Assembly (NCBI GenBank): GCA_964399865.1
Contig: CAYNRJ010000001.1
Location: forward strand, 266,050-330,049
From: an uncultured Candidatus Saccharibacteria bacterium
GTDB lineage: Bacteria > Patescibacteriota > Minisyncoccia > Phycocordibacterales > UBA2100
Direction of reading: 5' to 3'
DNA length: 64,000 nucleotides
The position numbers were made by a program, and so were the translations under genes. The notes beneath the pieces were generated by a model. That model was not told the origin of the DNA and did no database searches. It was given only the letters and a program-made list of their open reading frames with translations. Shown piece after piece: positions 1 through 8,838 of the stretch. How positions within the stretch are numbered: position 1 is the stretch's first letter; every line of letters starts with the position of its first letter.

Positions 1-183
1 GTTGCGGGATGCCACCAGTCGATGGTCCACCAGTAATAGGCAGTTGCAACACTCATGAGCCCGATCAGGATTCCGGTAAATAGCATCTCCCCTCTCAAAT
101 CCTTTCTGCGAAAGAAAAGAAAAGCCCACACAAGAATAAAGGGCAAGCACGCGATCAGATACACCCACTCCGTCGGGACCATT
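1..183 (-). CDS. hypothetical membrane protein, N-terminal part only; the gene continues beyond the window start
   Basis: Reverse-strand ATG at 183..181. The translation MVPTEWVYLIACLPFILVWAFLFF... is hydrophobic with TM-like segments. No stop before the window edge. Confidence 0.3.
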
Positions 184-216
184 CAAAAATTATAACAGCA
201 AGTTGCTATGTACTGA

Positions 217-287
217 CTGGGAGACATGGATTCGAACCATGATTCACGGCTCCAAAGGCCGCTGTCCTACCATTAGACGATCTCCCA
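217..287 (-). tRNA. tRNA-Gln (anticodon TTG)
   Basis: The reverse complement folds as a cloverleaf: acceptor TGGGAGA/TCTCCCA with a U1:A72 pair as in bacterial tRNA-Gln, T-arm CATGG-TTCGAAT-CCATG, anticodon loop CTTTGGA and discriminator G. CCA is not encoded. Confidence 0.7.
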
Positions 288-306
288 AACTGCCGCATTA
301 TGCGGA

Positions 307-1350
307 TTACTTCTTATTCTCGCAAATGTCTATTATCGCGAGCTCAAGCGGCAAATGCGGAACTGCCGCATATGCCATTGTACTGTACGCGTCCAAGAGC
401 GATTTTAGAGTGTCGGAATTAACTCCTGGTTCTTTTGATGTTTCTTTCGCCATGACGATATCCGCCTCGGTTAATTCTTTAGACAGAGCCTCCGCAATGT
501 CGGGCGCATATCGAAGGAGAAGCACAACGCGCATGCGGTGAATCAGAAGTTTTGCGAGCGTGCGCGGTTCCACATTTTCTTCAATTGCGTTCCCGATAAA
601 CTTGAGGGCTGACGGTGCATCCTTCTTTGCGATCGCAGTAAGAATCTTGCGTACCATCTCACCTCTTGGCGCACCGGATACTGCTTCAACTTCCTCTATT
701 TCTATTTTTTTATTTTTCGAAACCGCCAAGATCTTCTGCAATATTGAAAGTGCATCTCTGAAAGAGCCTTCGGCAAGAAGAGCAACTAATTCTGACGCTG
801 AGCGCTCCATTGAATATCCTTCTGCTTTTGCTACATCTTCGATTACCCCCGCGAGTACTTCGCGTGTCGGTTGCTTGAACGAATAGATCTCGCAACGTGA
901 CTGGATCGTGTCCGGCACTTTATCGCGCTCCGTTGTCGCCAAAACGAAAATACAGTGAGCTGGTGGCTCTTCGAGTGTTTTAAGAAATGCATTCCATGCA
1001 GCGCGAGAGAGCATGTGCGCCTCATCTATTATGTAGAACTTGTAGGGCGATTCGAACGGCATTGCATAGACCCCCTCTCGAAGCTCGCGGATATTATCGA
1101 CGCCTGTATGCGATGCAGCGTCTATTTCATAGAGGTCTTTGTCGGTGACACCAAGCTCATGCGCGAGAATACGCGCAACGGACGTCTTCCCTGTCCCGCG
1201 ACTTCCCGCAAATAGATACGCATGCGCTATTTTCTTATTCTCTATTGCCTTCTCAAGTACGCCTACCACATGCTCCTGTCCTTGTACTTCCTTAAAGCTT
1301 CCGGGACGATACGCTCGATAGAGTGTTGTGGACTTCACCTCTTTCTTCAT
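307..1350 (-). CDS. dnaX: DNA polymerase III subunit gamma/tau
   Basis: N-terminus MKKEVKSTTLYRAYRPGSFKEVQGQEHVV, Walker A GSRGTGKTS and a DEAH-like IIDEAHML box. The start was trimmed to the MKKEV ATG at 1350; the ORF-track 5' extension is atypical. Confidence 0.85.
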   Translation of the reverse strand: MKKEVKSTTLYRAYRPGSFKEVQGQEHVVGVLEKAIENKKIAHAYLFAGSRGTGKTSVARILAHELGVTDKDLYEIDAASHTGVDNIRELREGVYAMPFESPYKFYIIDEAHMLSRAAWNAFLKTLEEPPAHCIFVLATTERDKVPDTIQSRCEIYSFKQPTREVLAGVIEDVAKAEGYSMERSASELVALLAEGSFRDALSILQKILAVSKNKKIEIEEVEAVSGAPRGEMVRKILTAIAKKDAPSALKFIGNAIEENVEPRTLAKLLIHRMRVVLLLRYAPDIAEALSKELTEADIVMAKETSKEPGVNSDTLKSLLDAYSTMAYAAVPHLPLELAIIDICENKK

Positions 1351-1418
1351 GCGAGCAGTATAACAAAAGAAAAATCCCGCGGGAGCAGCGCGGGATACAC
1401 AAATCGGCCAATGCAGCC

Positions 1419-1691
1419 TCACTTAATAAGGCCTTTGCGGCGGGCATCTTCCTCGAGCTGCCGCAAGAGTCGTTTCCTGTTCGTGTCTTCGTCGACTCCC
1501 TGGGCCGTTCTTTCGGCCCGTGTTCTATCTTTCGCGCGGAGTCTCTCTAACTCCACAGGATCCAGCGTTCTTGCAGAACGGGTTAGCGTCTCGACACTCG
1601 TCGAGGCGAAAGTCTTCTTGTGCCCCTTCTTTACGGGCTTCCTCCGCGGGTCGTCAAACAAGGGGTCAAATCGTCCACGTTTCTTCGGCAT
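1419..1691 (-). CDS. hypothetical small basic protein (Lys/Arg-rich, 90 aa)
   Basis: Complete ORF with a good AAGGGAGA ribosome-binding site 7 nt upstream of the ATG. Very basic composition and no recognisable family. Confidence 0.4.
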   Translation of the reverse strand: MPKKRGRFDPLFDDPRRKPVKKGHKKTFASTSVETLTRSARTLDPVELERLRAKDRTRAERTAQGVDEDTNRKRLLRQLEEDARRKGLIK

Positions 1692-1748
1692 TACAAAGAT
1701 CTCCCTTTTCGATTGGTGCTATCCTAGCATTCTTCCCGCTACTTTGCT

Positions 1749-2702
1749 TCAGAGAGAAACTTTTTCCAAGGTCGCAATTGCCTCCCTTACACTCCCGACT
1801 TCCATCAGTGTGATTCTTAAGTCTTTGGCTCCATCCCAGCCCGAAATGTAGGCTTTGAAATGCTTTTTCATCAGCGCGAAATTCGTAGTCCCTGTCAGAA
1901 GCTCATCAAAAAGAGCGAGATGCTCCTTGAGCGCTGCAACCCGCTCGACAGGAGTTGGAGGCTCTGTTCGATCGGCAAAGAGCCACGGATTACCGTAAAT
2001 AGCACGGCCGAGCATTGCCCCATCTGCTCCTGTTTCCGCAATTTTCGCGCGTGCATCCGCAATATCTTTTACGTCGCCGTTTCCGAGGATGCGCGCCTTG
2101 GACTTTAACTCATCACGAATTTCGACTGCTCGCTTCACCCTTTCCCATCGCGCAGGCACGAGTGACATCTCTTTTCGAGTACGTGCATGGATCGTCACGG
2201 CTGCAGGTTCTTCTGCAAGAAGCTCCGGAAGCCACGTATCGAGCTCATCTTTAGTAAAACCTAGCCGCGTTTTTACGGAAACTGGAAGACCGCATTTCTT
2301 TGCCGCCCGGATTAACTCACGCGCAAGCGGCGGATTTTTAATAAGACCAGCACCGCATTGCTGTCGCACGACTTCGTCCACTGGGCATCCCATATTGATA
2401 TCGACGCCATCAAACCCAAGGTCCGCCACAAGCTGTGCGATTTTTTCCATGTGCTCAGGATATGCAGTGAAAAGTTGTGCCGAGATTGGCCTTTCGGATT
2501 CGCTATAGAGCAACTTCTTTTTAAGACGTTTTTGTCCGTCTGCATCCGCAAGAAGAAGCCCGTCCGCAGAAGTAAATTCCGTGAACATCACGTGCGGTTT
2601 TCCATATCGAGCGATGAGCCTACGAAATGCTGCATCCGTCACGTCCTCGAGCGGCGCGAGAGCAAAAATAGGCTTCGGCAATTTCTCCCAAAAATTTTGC
2701 AT
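1749..2702 (-). CDS. dus: tRNA-dihydrouridine synthase (Dus family, FMN TIM barrel)
   Basis: Translation matches Dus enzymes: ALAPLEDVTDAAFRRL, DINMGCP, the catalytic Cys region and a C-terminal helical domain. Confidence 0.85.
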   Translation of the reverse strand: MQNFWEKLPKPIFALAPLEDVTDAAFRRLIARYGKPHVMFTEFTSADGLLLADADGQKRLKKKLLYSESERPISAQLFTAYPEHMEKIAQLVADLGFDGVDINMGCPVDEVVRQQCGAGLIKNPPLARELIRAAKKCGLPVSVKTRLGFTKDELDTWLPELLAEEPAAVTIHARTRKEMSLVPARWERVKRAVEIRDELKSKARILGNGDVKDIADARAKIAETGADGAMLGRAIYGNPWLFADRTEPPTPVERVAALKEHLALFDELLTGTTNFALMKKHFKAYISGWDGAKDLRITLMEVGSVREAIATLEKVSL

Positions 2703-2728
2703 TGCAGAGAATGTAGCACAAATGCCCT

Positions 2729-3640
2729 TTACTGTGTTACTGCCGCTTCTCCGAAAAATTTGTAGTACACGCGATTGCCGAAACGAAGATCAACATATTC
2801 AAGTTCCCCTTCCCGGCCACGTAGAGCATCCGATGAAAGAACCAGCTCAAGGTTTCGCACTATTTTTTCTGCATCCTCATTGAAAGCAATCCGAAGCTTG
2901 TATCCGCGCTCAAGAGAAACAGAAAAATCTTGCTCACTCTCAATCGTTATTACTTTCGGGATGAAATTCTTTTCCTCGAGAAGATGTAGAAGCGTGACCA
3001 CCTGAGCAAACCTCTCAGGAAGAAACTTCTGACCAATAGGATCGACACCCTCAGGAAGCGCGCCTCTAAACGTATACGGGACAGTATATGGTGAAGCCAT
3101 CGGCTCCTCCGCGAAAATAAAACCATTATCATCCATGAGATAACACTCCTCAAGAACGCACCAGCGAGCGCTCGGCCCTCTCTCTGCCACTGTGACACGA
3201 ATTGATTGAGCGAGGAGCGAATCGCGCGAAATATTCACCGAGTGAAGACGAGGGAAATATTTTTGTACACCTTGTTCTAGTGCCCTCCTTGGATAGAGAA
3301 ATACATTTTCTTTTGAGAAAAAGGCATTCGAGCCATCACGAAGCTCCGCTTCGACATATGCGCGTACCAAATCCTCAGAGATATCGTTCGCACCGACCAC
3401 TTCTATTTGTTCGATCGCGAACTGAGGAAGATGTGTTGCATACCCAGCTCCCCACGTCGCTCCTGCGCCGAGAATAAGAATACCGAGTCCGATAAGCACA
3501 CGTGTCCGGCGCCTTTTAGCGCGAAGCGGTGACTTGCGCGCCGCGGGTCGCACCTTAACGGGCGTAGTTGAACGAGAGAAAAGCTCACTATAGATCCCGG
3601 GCTTTTTCTTCCGGAGATCAATTGTTCTTTTTGATGACAT
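2729..3640 (-). CDS. FtsQ/DivIB-like cell-division protein (N-terminal TM anchor plus POTRA-like region)
   Basis: Basic N-terminus, one TM helix (VLIGLGILILGAGATW) and a following QIEVVGANDISEDLVRAYV segment typical of a POTRA/FtsQ domain. Not embedded in a dcw cluster here. Confidence 0.45.
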   Translation of the reverse strand: MSSKRTIDLRKKKPGIYSELFSRSTTPVKVRPAARKSPLRAKRRRTRVLIGLGILILGAGATWGAGYATHLPQFAIEQIEVVGANDISEDLVRAYVEAELRDGSNAFFSKENVFLYPRRALEQGVQKYFPRLHSVNISRDSLLAQSIRVTVAERGPSARWCVLEECYLMDDNGFIFAEEPMASPYTVPYTFRGALPEGVDPIGQKFLPERFAQVVTLLHLLEEKNFIPKVITIESEQDFSVSLERGYKLRIAFNEDAEKIVRNLELVLSSDALRGREGELEYVDLRFGNRVYYKFFGEAAVTQ

Positions 3641-4892
3641 CTTTCCCCATGTATGTCCGGAGCACCTCCGGAATTAATATCGAACCATCTTCCTGCTGAT
3701 TGTTTTCCACTATCTGCGTAAGGATGCGGGGCGTTGCAAGCGCGGTGTTATTCAGAGAGTGAGCGTAGCGAAGGACCCCTTCGGCGTCGCGGTAGCGGAT
3801 ATTCATGCGACGCGTTTGGAAATCATGGAAATACGAAGAGGAGTGAGTCTCTCGATACTTCTGTTCGCTTGGCATCCACGCTTCGATATCATATTTCTTT
3901 ACCTGACCGAGACCTAAGTCTCCTCCACAATTGATAACAACGTGGTATGGCAATTTCAATTCTTGTAACAGGGCTTCGGCATTCCCCGTTAACTCCTCAT
4001 GGAATTTCACGGACGTTTCGTGATTCGCTTCGCACAAGACTACCTGCTCGAACTTAACGAATTCGTGAATACGAAAAATTCCCTTTGTATCTTTGCCGTG
4101 ACTTCCCGCTTCCCGGCGGAAACACGGAGAAAATGCGAAGAACTTTATCGGAAGACTTGCCTTGTCGAGGACCTCGTCCATGTAGTACCCCATCGTTGCG
4201 ACCTCAGCAGTTCCCGCGAGATAATCGCCATCTTGAGTTTTGTACAAGTCCTCTTCACTTTGCGGAAGATATCCAGTTCCTACGAACGGCTCTCTCCTCA
4301 CGAGTGAGGGCACGATCATCGGAGTGAATCCTTCGCGATTCATAAAACGCTCTTGCACAAAACGCTCTAGCGCCCATACGAGACGTGCTCCATCATTCTT
4401 CAAAAAGTATCCTCGAAAGCCTGCGACTTTCGCGCCGCGTTCGTAGTCGGCCATGTCATGCATGAGAAGAAGCTCGCTGTGATTCTTCACCGGAAAATTA
4501 AACGTCGGGATCTCTCCCCACTGACGCACTTCTTTATTATCAGCATCAGATTCCCCTTCCGGCACCGACATGTCTGGGACGTTTGGCACCATGACCATAA
4601 GAGCGCGCCATTCTTTCAAAAGTTCTTGCATGGACTCCTCTTCTACCTTAAGAGTCTCTTTCAAATCTTGCATGCGCTTAATGATCTCCTGTTTTTTTGC
4701 AGGATCTTTCTCAGATGCGATCGAATCCGACGCGGCATTCTGTTCACCGCGTTTACCGTCAATTGAGAGCTGGAGTTCACGACGCTTATCGTCGATTTGG
4801 AGGAGCTTATCGAGATCAATATTGATGCGTTTTTTCTTGGCTCCTGCCGCAACAATATCCTTATTCTCTCGGATGAATTTGATATCAAGCAT
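3618..4892 (-). CDS. serS: seryl-tRNA synthetase
   Basis: MLDIKFIRENKDIV start, N-terminal coiled-coil and class II aaRS motifs (FRRE, GYYMDE..). Full length at 424 aa. Confidence 0.9.
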   Translation of the reverse strand: MLDIKFIRENKDIVAAGAKKKRINIDLDKLLQIDDKRRELQLSIDGKRGEQNAASDSIASEKDPAKKQEIIKRMQDLKETLKVEEESMQELLKEWRALMVMVPNVPDMSVPEGESDADNKEVRQWGEIPTFNFPVKNHSELLLMHDMADYERGAKVAGFRGYFLKNDGARLVWALERFVQERFMNREGFTPMIVPSLVRREPFVGTGYLPQSEEDLYKTQDGDYLAGTAEVATMGYYMDEVLDKASLPIKFFAFSPCFRREAGSHGKDTKGIFRIHEFVKFEQVVLCEANHETSVKFHEELTGNAEALLQELKLPYHVVINCGGDLGLGQVKKYDIEAWMPSEQKYRETHSSSYFHDFQTRRMNIRYRDAEGVLRYAHSLNNTALATPRILTQIVENNQQEDGSILIPEVLRTYMGKDVIKKNN

Positions 4893-4909
4893 ACGTGGCG
4901 CTTCTATAA

Positions 4910-5788
4910 ATGCAGTATCATACTAGCATGAAAGACGGCTTAAAACTGCTCTCTCGTAAGGACTTTCCACCCCTCCTTAAAGAAATCCCAGACGCCCCAA
5001 AGAAGCTTTACGTCCGTGGCGAGCTTCCGGATTTCAGAAAAAAATGGCTCGCGGTTGTTGGGAGCCGCGCATGCACGCCGTATGGTCGACAAGCGCTCCG
5101 TCATCTAATAGAGGGGCTGCGTGGATATCCTGTCGTTATCGTATCCGGACTCGCATACGGGATCGATGCCGAAGCACATAAAGCAGCGCTTGAGGCCGGA
5201 TTGCCGACAGTTGCTGTCCCCGGCTCTGGACTTGGCTGGGATGTGCTGTATCCACGCGCGAACGTGCCTCTTGCGCGGGCAATTGTAAAAGCGGGCGGTG
5301 CACTTCTTTCAGAATACGAACCGAATTTCAAAGCGACCGATTATTCTTTTCCCCAAAGAAATCGTGTAATGGCAGGTCTTTGCAATGCGACTCTCATGAT
5401 CGAAGCAAAAGAAAAGTCGGGCTCACTCATTACCGCGCGCCTCACGACTGAATATAATCGCGAACTTCTCGTTGTCCCCGGTTCGATATTCTCCGCGGAA
5501 AGTCGCGGCACTCATCAATTCCTAAAGCTTGGCGCGACGCCGATCACAGAGCCTGCCGACATTCTCCGAGTACTCGATATTAAAACCGAAGTGCGAGAAT
5601 CTGCTGCAATGCGGGCCGATCTTTCTGAAGACGAAAAACGGGTGCTTGAAATCATCAAAAACCCGATGAGTCGAGATGATCTAATTGAGGCGCTCGAATT
5701 ACCGATTTCGGACGCAAATATTTTACTTTCAACTATGGAAATCAAAGAGCTGATTGTAGAAGTATTAGGTACGATCCGTGCGAAGTAG
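4910..5788 (+). CDS. dprA: DNA processing protein DprA (Smf)
   Basis: Rossmann-like DprA core (VVGSRACTPYG, VIVSGLAYGIDAEAH, SGSLITA) plus a C-terminal winged-helix-like tail. Confidence 0.85.
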   Translation: MQYHTSMKDGLKLLSRKDFPPLLKEIPDAPKKLYVRGELPDFRKKWLAVVGSRACTPYGRQALRHLIEGLRGYPVVIVSGLAYGIDAEAHKAALEAGLPTVAVPGSGLGWDVLYPRANVPLARAIVKAGGALLSEYEPNFKATDYSFPQRNRVMAGLCNATLMIEAKEKSGSLITARLTTEYNRELLVVPGSIFSAESRGTHQFLKLGATPITEPADILRVLDIKTEVRESAAMRADLSEDEKRVLEIIKNPMSRDDLIEALELPISDANILLSTMEIKELIVEVLGTIRAK

Positions 5789-5839
5789 AAGGAGGTCATA
5801 AAATATGCTACATATTGCCGCAGGCAATTACGAGGGAGA

Positions 5840-6295
5840 ATGGCTATGTCGCGCATTATCGCTCGGATGAGCACAGCAGACCGCGTAGAGGCGATCAAGC
5901 AATGCTTGGCGGAAGAGAGACCGAAGTCGGCGATTGCGGCTCTGTTCGACGCCGAGATCGCCGATATCAGAATGTTCATCGAAATGAACTTCCCCAGTTA
6001 TCTGGCTCAGTTCGATCAGTTACCGACTGGTAACCGAGCGCGACCGGAGGAATCACCCGCGCCTGCTCGGCCGAGGAAACCGCGAGGTGTCAGCGGTGGA
6101 ACATCGGCCGGGACCAGCCCAGGACCTAAGCCGGAAGCGCTGGAGATTCCACTAACCGCAAGTGAGCGTCTGCTCGTAGACTTGATCCGCAACCGCTTCC
6201 ACTACGCGCCGGAAGCACGACCGTTCCGATTTCTTCCCCGAGAGATACAGCGGCAGATACGTCAGCGGGCTGTAGACATCATGTACCTGAGATGA
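5840..6295 (+). CDS. hypothetical protein with a Pro/Gly/Ser-rich low-complexity centre (151 aa)
   Basis: Complete ORF with a GAGGGAGA ribosome-binding site. Noticeably more GC-rich than its neighbours. Inserted between dprA and topA. No family recognised. Confidence 0.45.
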   Translation: MAMSRIIARMSTADRVEAIKQCLAEERPKSAIAALFDAEIADIRMFIEMNFPSYLAQFDQLPTGNRARPEESPAPARPRKPRGVSGGTSAGTSPGPKPEALEIPLTASERLLVDLIRNRFHYAPEARPFRFLPREIQRQIRQRAVDIMYLR

Positions 6296-6314
6296 GTACA
6301 GGGGACGATTTTTT

Positions 6315-6350
6315 GGTCGCGGCACGATGTGCCGCGACCTCCTGTTTTTT
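6315..6350 (+). terminator. rho-independent terminator (11-bp GC stem ggtcgcggcac/gtgccgcgacc followed by a T-run)
   Basis: Read directly from the sequence, downstream of the 151-aa ORF and upstream of topA. Confidence 0.5.
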
Positions 6351-6414
6351 ATATTTTGAAGATATCTTCATTTGACATGTGCTACGCTTCTCCTGTATCA
6401 CTGTCCATTACGGT

Positions 6415-8577
6415 ATGAAATTAGTAATAGTAGAATCACCGGCAAAAGCGAAAACGATCGAGAAGTACCTCGGTAAGGGTTTTACCGTGCGCGCATCGGT
6501 CGGTCACATTCGCGATCTGCCAAAGAGCAACAAAGACGCCGTCGATATCGAGGGTGGTTTCGTGCCGCGCTATCAAATCGTAAAAGAGAAACAGCACATA
6601 ATAGATGATCTTCAAAAAGAAGCAGGTAAGGCTGATGAGGTTATCCTAGCGACAGACCCCGACCGTGAAGGCGAAGCTATCGCGTGGCACCTCGCACAGG
6701 CCATCGGCTTAAAGAAACCAAAACGAATCGTATTCCACGAGATTACAGAACACGCAGTCCAAGACGCTCTCGCACACCCACGTCTTATAGACAACGATCT
6801 TCGCAGTGCCCAAGAAGCGCGCCGCGTGCTCGATCGCTTATTCGGCTATGACCTCTCGGGACTCGTATGGAAAAAGGTGCGCTACGGACTCTCCGCAGGC
6901 CGCGTGCAATCCCCTGCGCTCCGAATCATTATGGAAAAAGAACGCGAAATCCGAGCGTTTATACCAGAAAAGTATTGGGTCATTAGCGCGGACATGAGAA
7001 CGAAGCTCGGTAAAAATTTCACTGTTACCTGTGTTGAAGAACCAAAAACAGAAGAGGAGGCTACGCGTATTCTGCGTACCGCCCAAACAGAGCCCTGGTT
7101 CGTACATTCTATAGAAGAATCCGAGCAGTCCCGCGCCCCAAAGGCGCCTTTCACTACATCGACCCTCCAACAGGCGGCTTCCACTCGCCTTGGCTTCTCT
7201 CCTTCCCGCACGATGGGTACTGCACAAAAATTGTACGAAGCGGGTCACATTACATATATGCGAACAGATAGTCCAAACCTTGCTAAGGAGGCGCAAGCTG
7301 CGCTCCTTGGAGTTGTCGAGAGTGAATATGGAAAAGACTACCTAGCACCACGTGAGTACAAGACAAAAAGTAAGACTGCACAGGAGGCGCACGAGGCAGT
7401 GCGTCCTACTGATCCCAAAAAACATTCTGCTGGTGCAAATGATGACCAAAAGAAATTGTATGAGTTGATCCACTCACGCGCACTCGCAAGTCAGATGGCA
7501 GACGCACGAGTCATGCGCACTACAATCTCCACAAGGGCGAGCGATTCCATTCCACTTTTTGCTGCCCGTGGCTCACGTGTCGTATTTGAAGGCTGGCTCA
7601 AAGCGGATCCAGGGGCACGCGGCGAAGAAGTAGAACTTCCAAAAGTTACGGAGGGTGATCCCCTACAACTTCTTGAGGCGCGCTCGGAGGGAAAAGAAAC
7701 TCAACCACCTGGACGCTACAGCGAAGCCGGACTCGTAAAAGAATTGGAGAAACGCGGCATCGGCCGACCTTCAACGTACGCAAGTATCATAAAAACCCTT
7801 GAGGACCGCGGGTATGTAGAAAAGCAGGGACGAACACTTCTCCCTACCTATACAGGCGACGTCGTCTCAACATTTTTGGAGAATCATTTTGCCGATTACA
7901 TAAGCGACGGCTTCACAGCAGAAATGGAGAACGAACTCGATGAGATCGCCGATGGTAAACGAAAGTACGAAAAGACGATGAAAGATTTCTATGGACCTTT
8001 CACGAAGGCAGTGAAGAGTAAGGCCAAAATTGAGAAGCTCACAAACATGGGTGATGCACCGAAGGAATTCCCCTGCCCTATCTGTAAGGGTCCGATGGTC
8101 TACAAGCTGTCCAAAAACGGGCGCTTCATGAGCTGTGCAAAATTCCCTGAGTGCCTCGGGGCTCGTAAGGAAGATGGAAATGAGATCGCGCCTCCAAAGG
8201 ATCTCGGCGAAGCTTGCCCTCAGTGTAAAGACGGAAAATTAATCCTTCGTGAAGGACGTTTCGGCCAATTTATTGCGTGCGCAAACTATCCAAAATGTAA
8301 GTTCGTTAAGAAAGATCCGGCAGAAGAAGCTCGCTCGAAAACAGGTGTTGCCTGCCCTACGTGTGGAAAAGGAGAAATGGTGGAGCGTCGAGGACGTTTT
8401 GGACTCTTCTATTCTTGCTCCAATTATCCTGACTGTAAGAACGCGATCAAAGCAAAACCTACCGGTAGGATCTGCAGTCTTTGTGGAAGTTTGATGATGG
8501 AGGGAACGAAAACGATCCCTGAGCGTTGTTCGAATAAGACGTGCGCAAATCACCGACCAGATAAGCTCAAGAAATAG
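6415..8577 (+). CDS. topA: DNA topoisomerase I with four C-terminal zinc-ribbon repeats
   Basis: TOPRIM start MKLVIVESPAKAKTIEKYLGK, a catalytic Tyr region, then four CxxC...CxxC ribbons. The ATG at 6415 is preferred over the upstream GTG at 6379. Confidence 0.9.
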   Translation: MKLVIVESPAKAKTIEKYLGKGFTVRASVGHIRDLPKSNKDAVDIEGGFVPRYQIVKEKQHIIDDLQKEAGKADEVILATDPDREGEAIAWHLAQAIGLKKPKRIVFHEITEHAVQDALAHPRLIDNDLRSAQEARRVLDRLFGYDLSGLVWKKVRYGLSAGRVQSPALRIIMEKEREIRAFIPEKYWVISADMRTKLGKNFTVTCVEEPKTEEEATRILRTAQTEPWFVHSIEESEQSRAPKAPFTTSTLQQAASTRLGFSPSRTMGTAQKLYEAGHITYMRTDSPNLAKEAQAALLGVVESEYGKDYLAPREYKTKSKTAQEAHEAVRPTDPKKHSAGANDDQKKLYELIHSRALASQMADARVMRTTISTRASDSIPLFAARGSRVVFEGWLKADPGARGEEVELPKVTEGDPLQLLEARSEGKETQPPGRYSEAGLVKELEKRGIGRPSTYASIIKTLEDRGYVEKQGRTLLPTYTGDVVSTFLENHFADYISDGFTAEMENELDEIADGKRKYEKTMKDFYGPFTKAVKSKAKIEKLTNMGDAPKEFPCPICKGPMVYKLSKNGRFMSCAKFPECLGARKEDGNEIAPPKDLGEACPQCKDGKLILREGRFGQFIACANYPKCKFVKKDPAEEARSKTGVACPTCGKGEMVERRGRFGLFYSCSNYPDCKNAIKAKPTGRICSLCGSLMMEGTKTIPERCSNKTCANHRPDKLKK

Positions 8578-8838
8578 TACGCGGCGCTCTCGGCGCCGCG
8601 CAGGTCCGACATATAACTTCGGACAAAACAGGTTCCTTCACAGGAAGGATCCGGGGAGACGGAATCTCCTCCGGGACCGGTCTTATCACATATCGGTTGT
8701 GTCCACATTCAGGACAAATCCCGACCGTTGAGTTAAACCGACCATGGATCGAACAAAAGAACTCGGTATTAAACGCAGTGCGATGGCACACATGGGCCTC
8801 CCATTGCCAACCGGTAGGGAGGCAGTATTATCAATTAG

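Noticed and set aside
203-541. Plus-strand 112-aa ORF
   Set aside because: It overlaps tRNA-Gln and the 3' end of dnaX on the other strand and has no family signal. It is an antisense artefact.
8567-8791. 74-aa minus-strand ORF with CxxC pairs as a real zinc-ribbon gene
   Set aside because: It was not called because it overlaps the topA stop and the region is dominated by hairpins. It is listed as a finding rather than a feature.
8578-8838. SRP (4.5S) RNA in the topA-relA gap
   Set aside because: The region contains GGAAGGA-like pieces but does not reproduce the conserved domain-IV motif GUCCGGAAGGAAGCAGC. The similarity is too weak.
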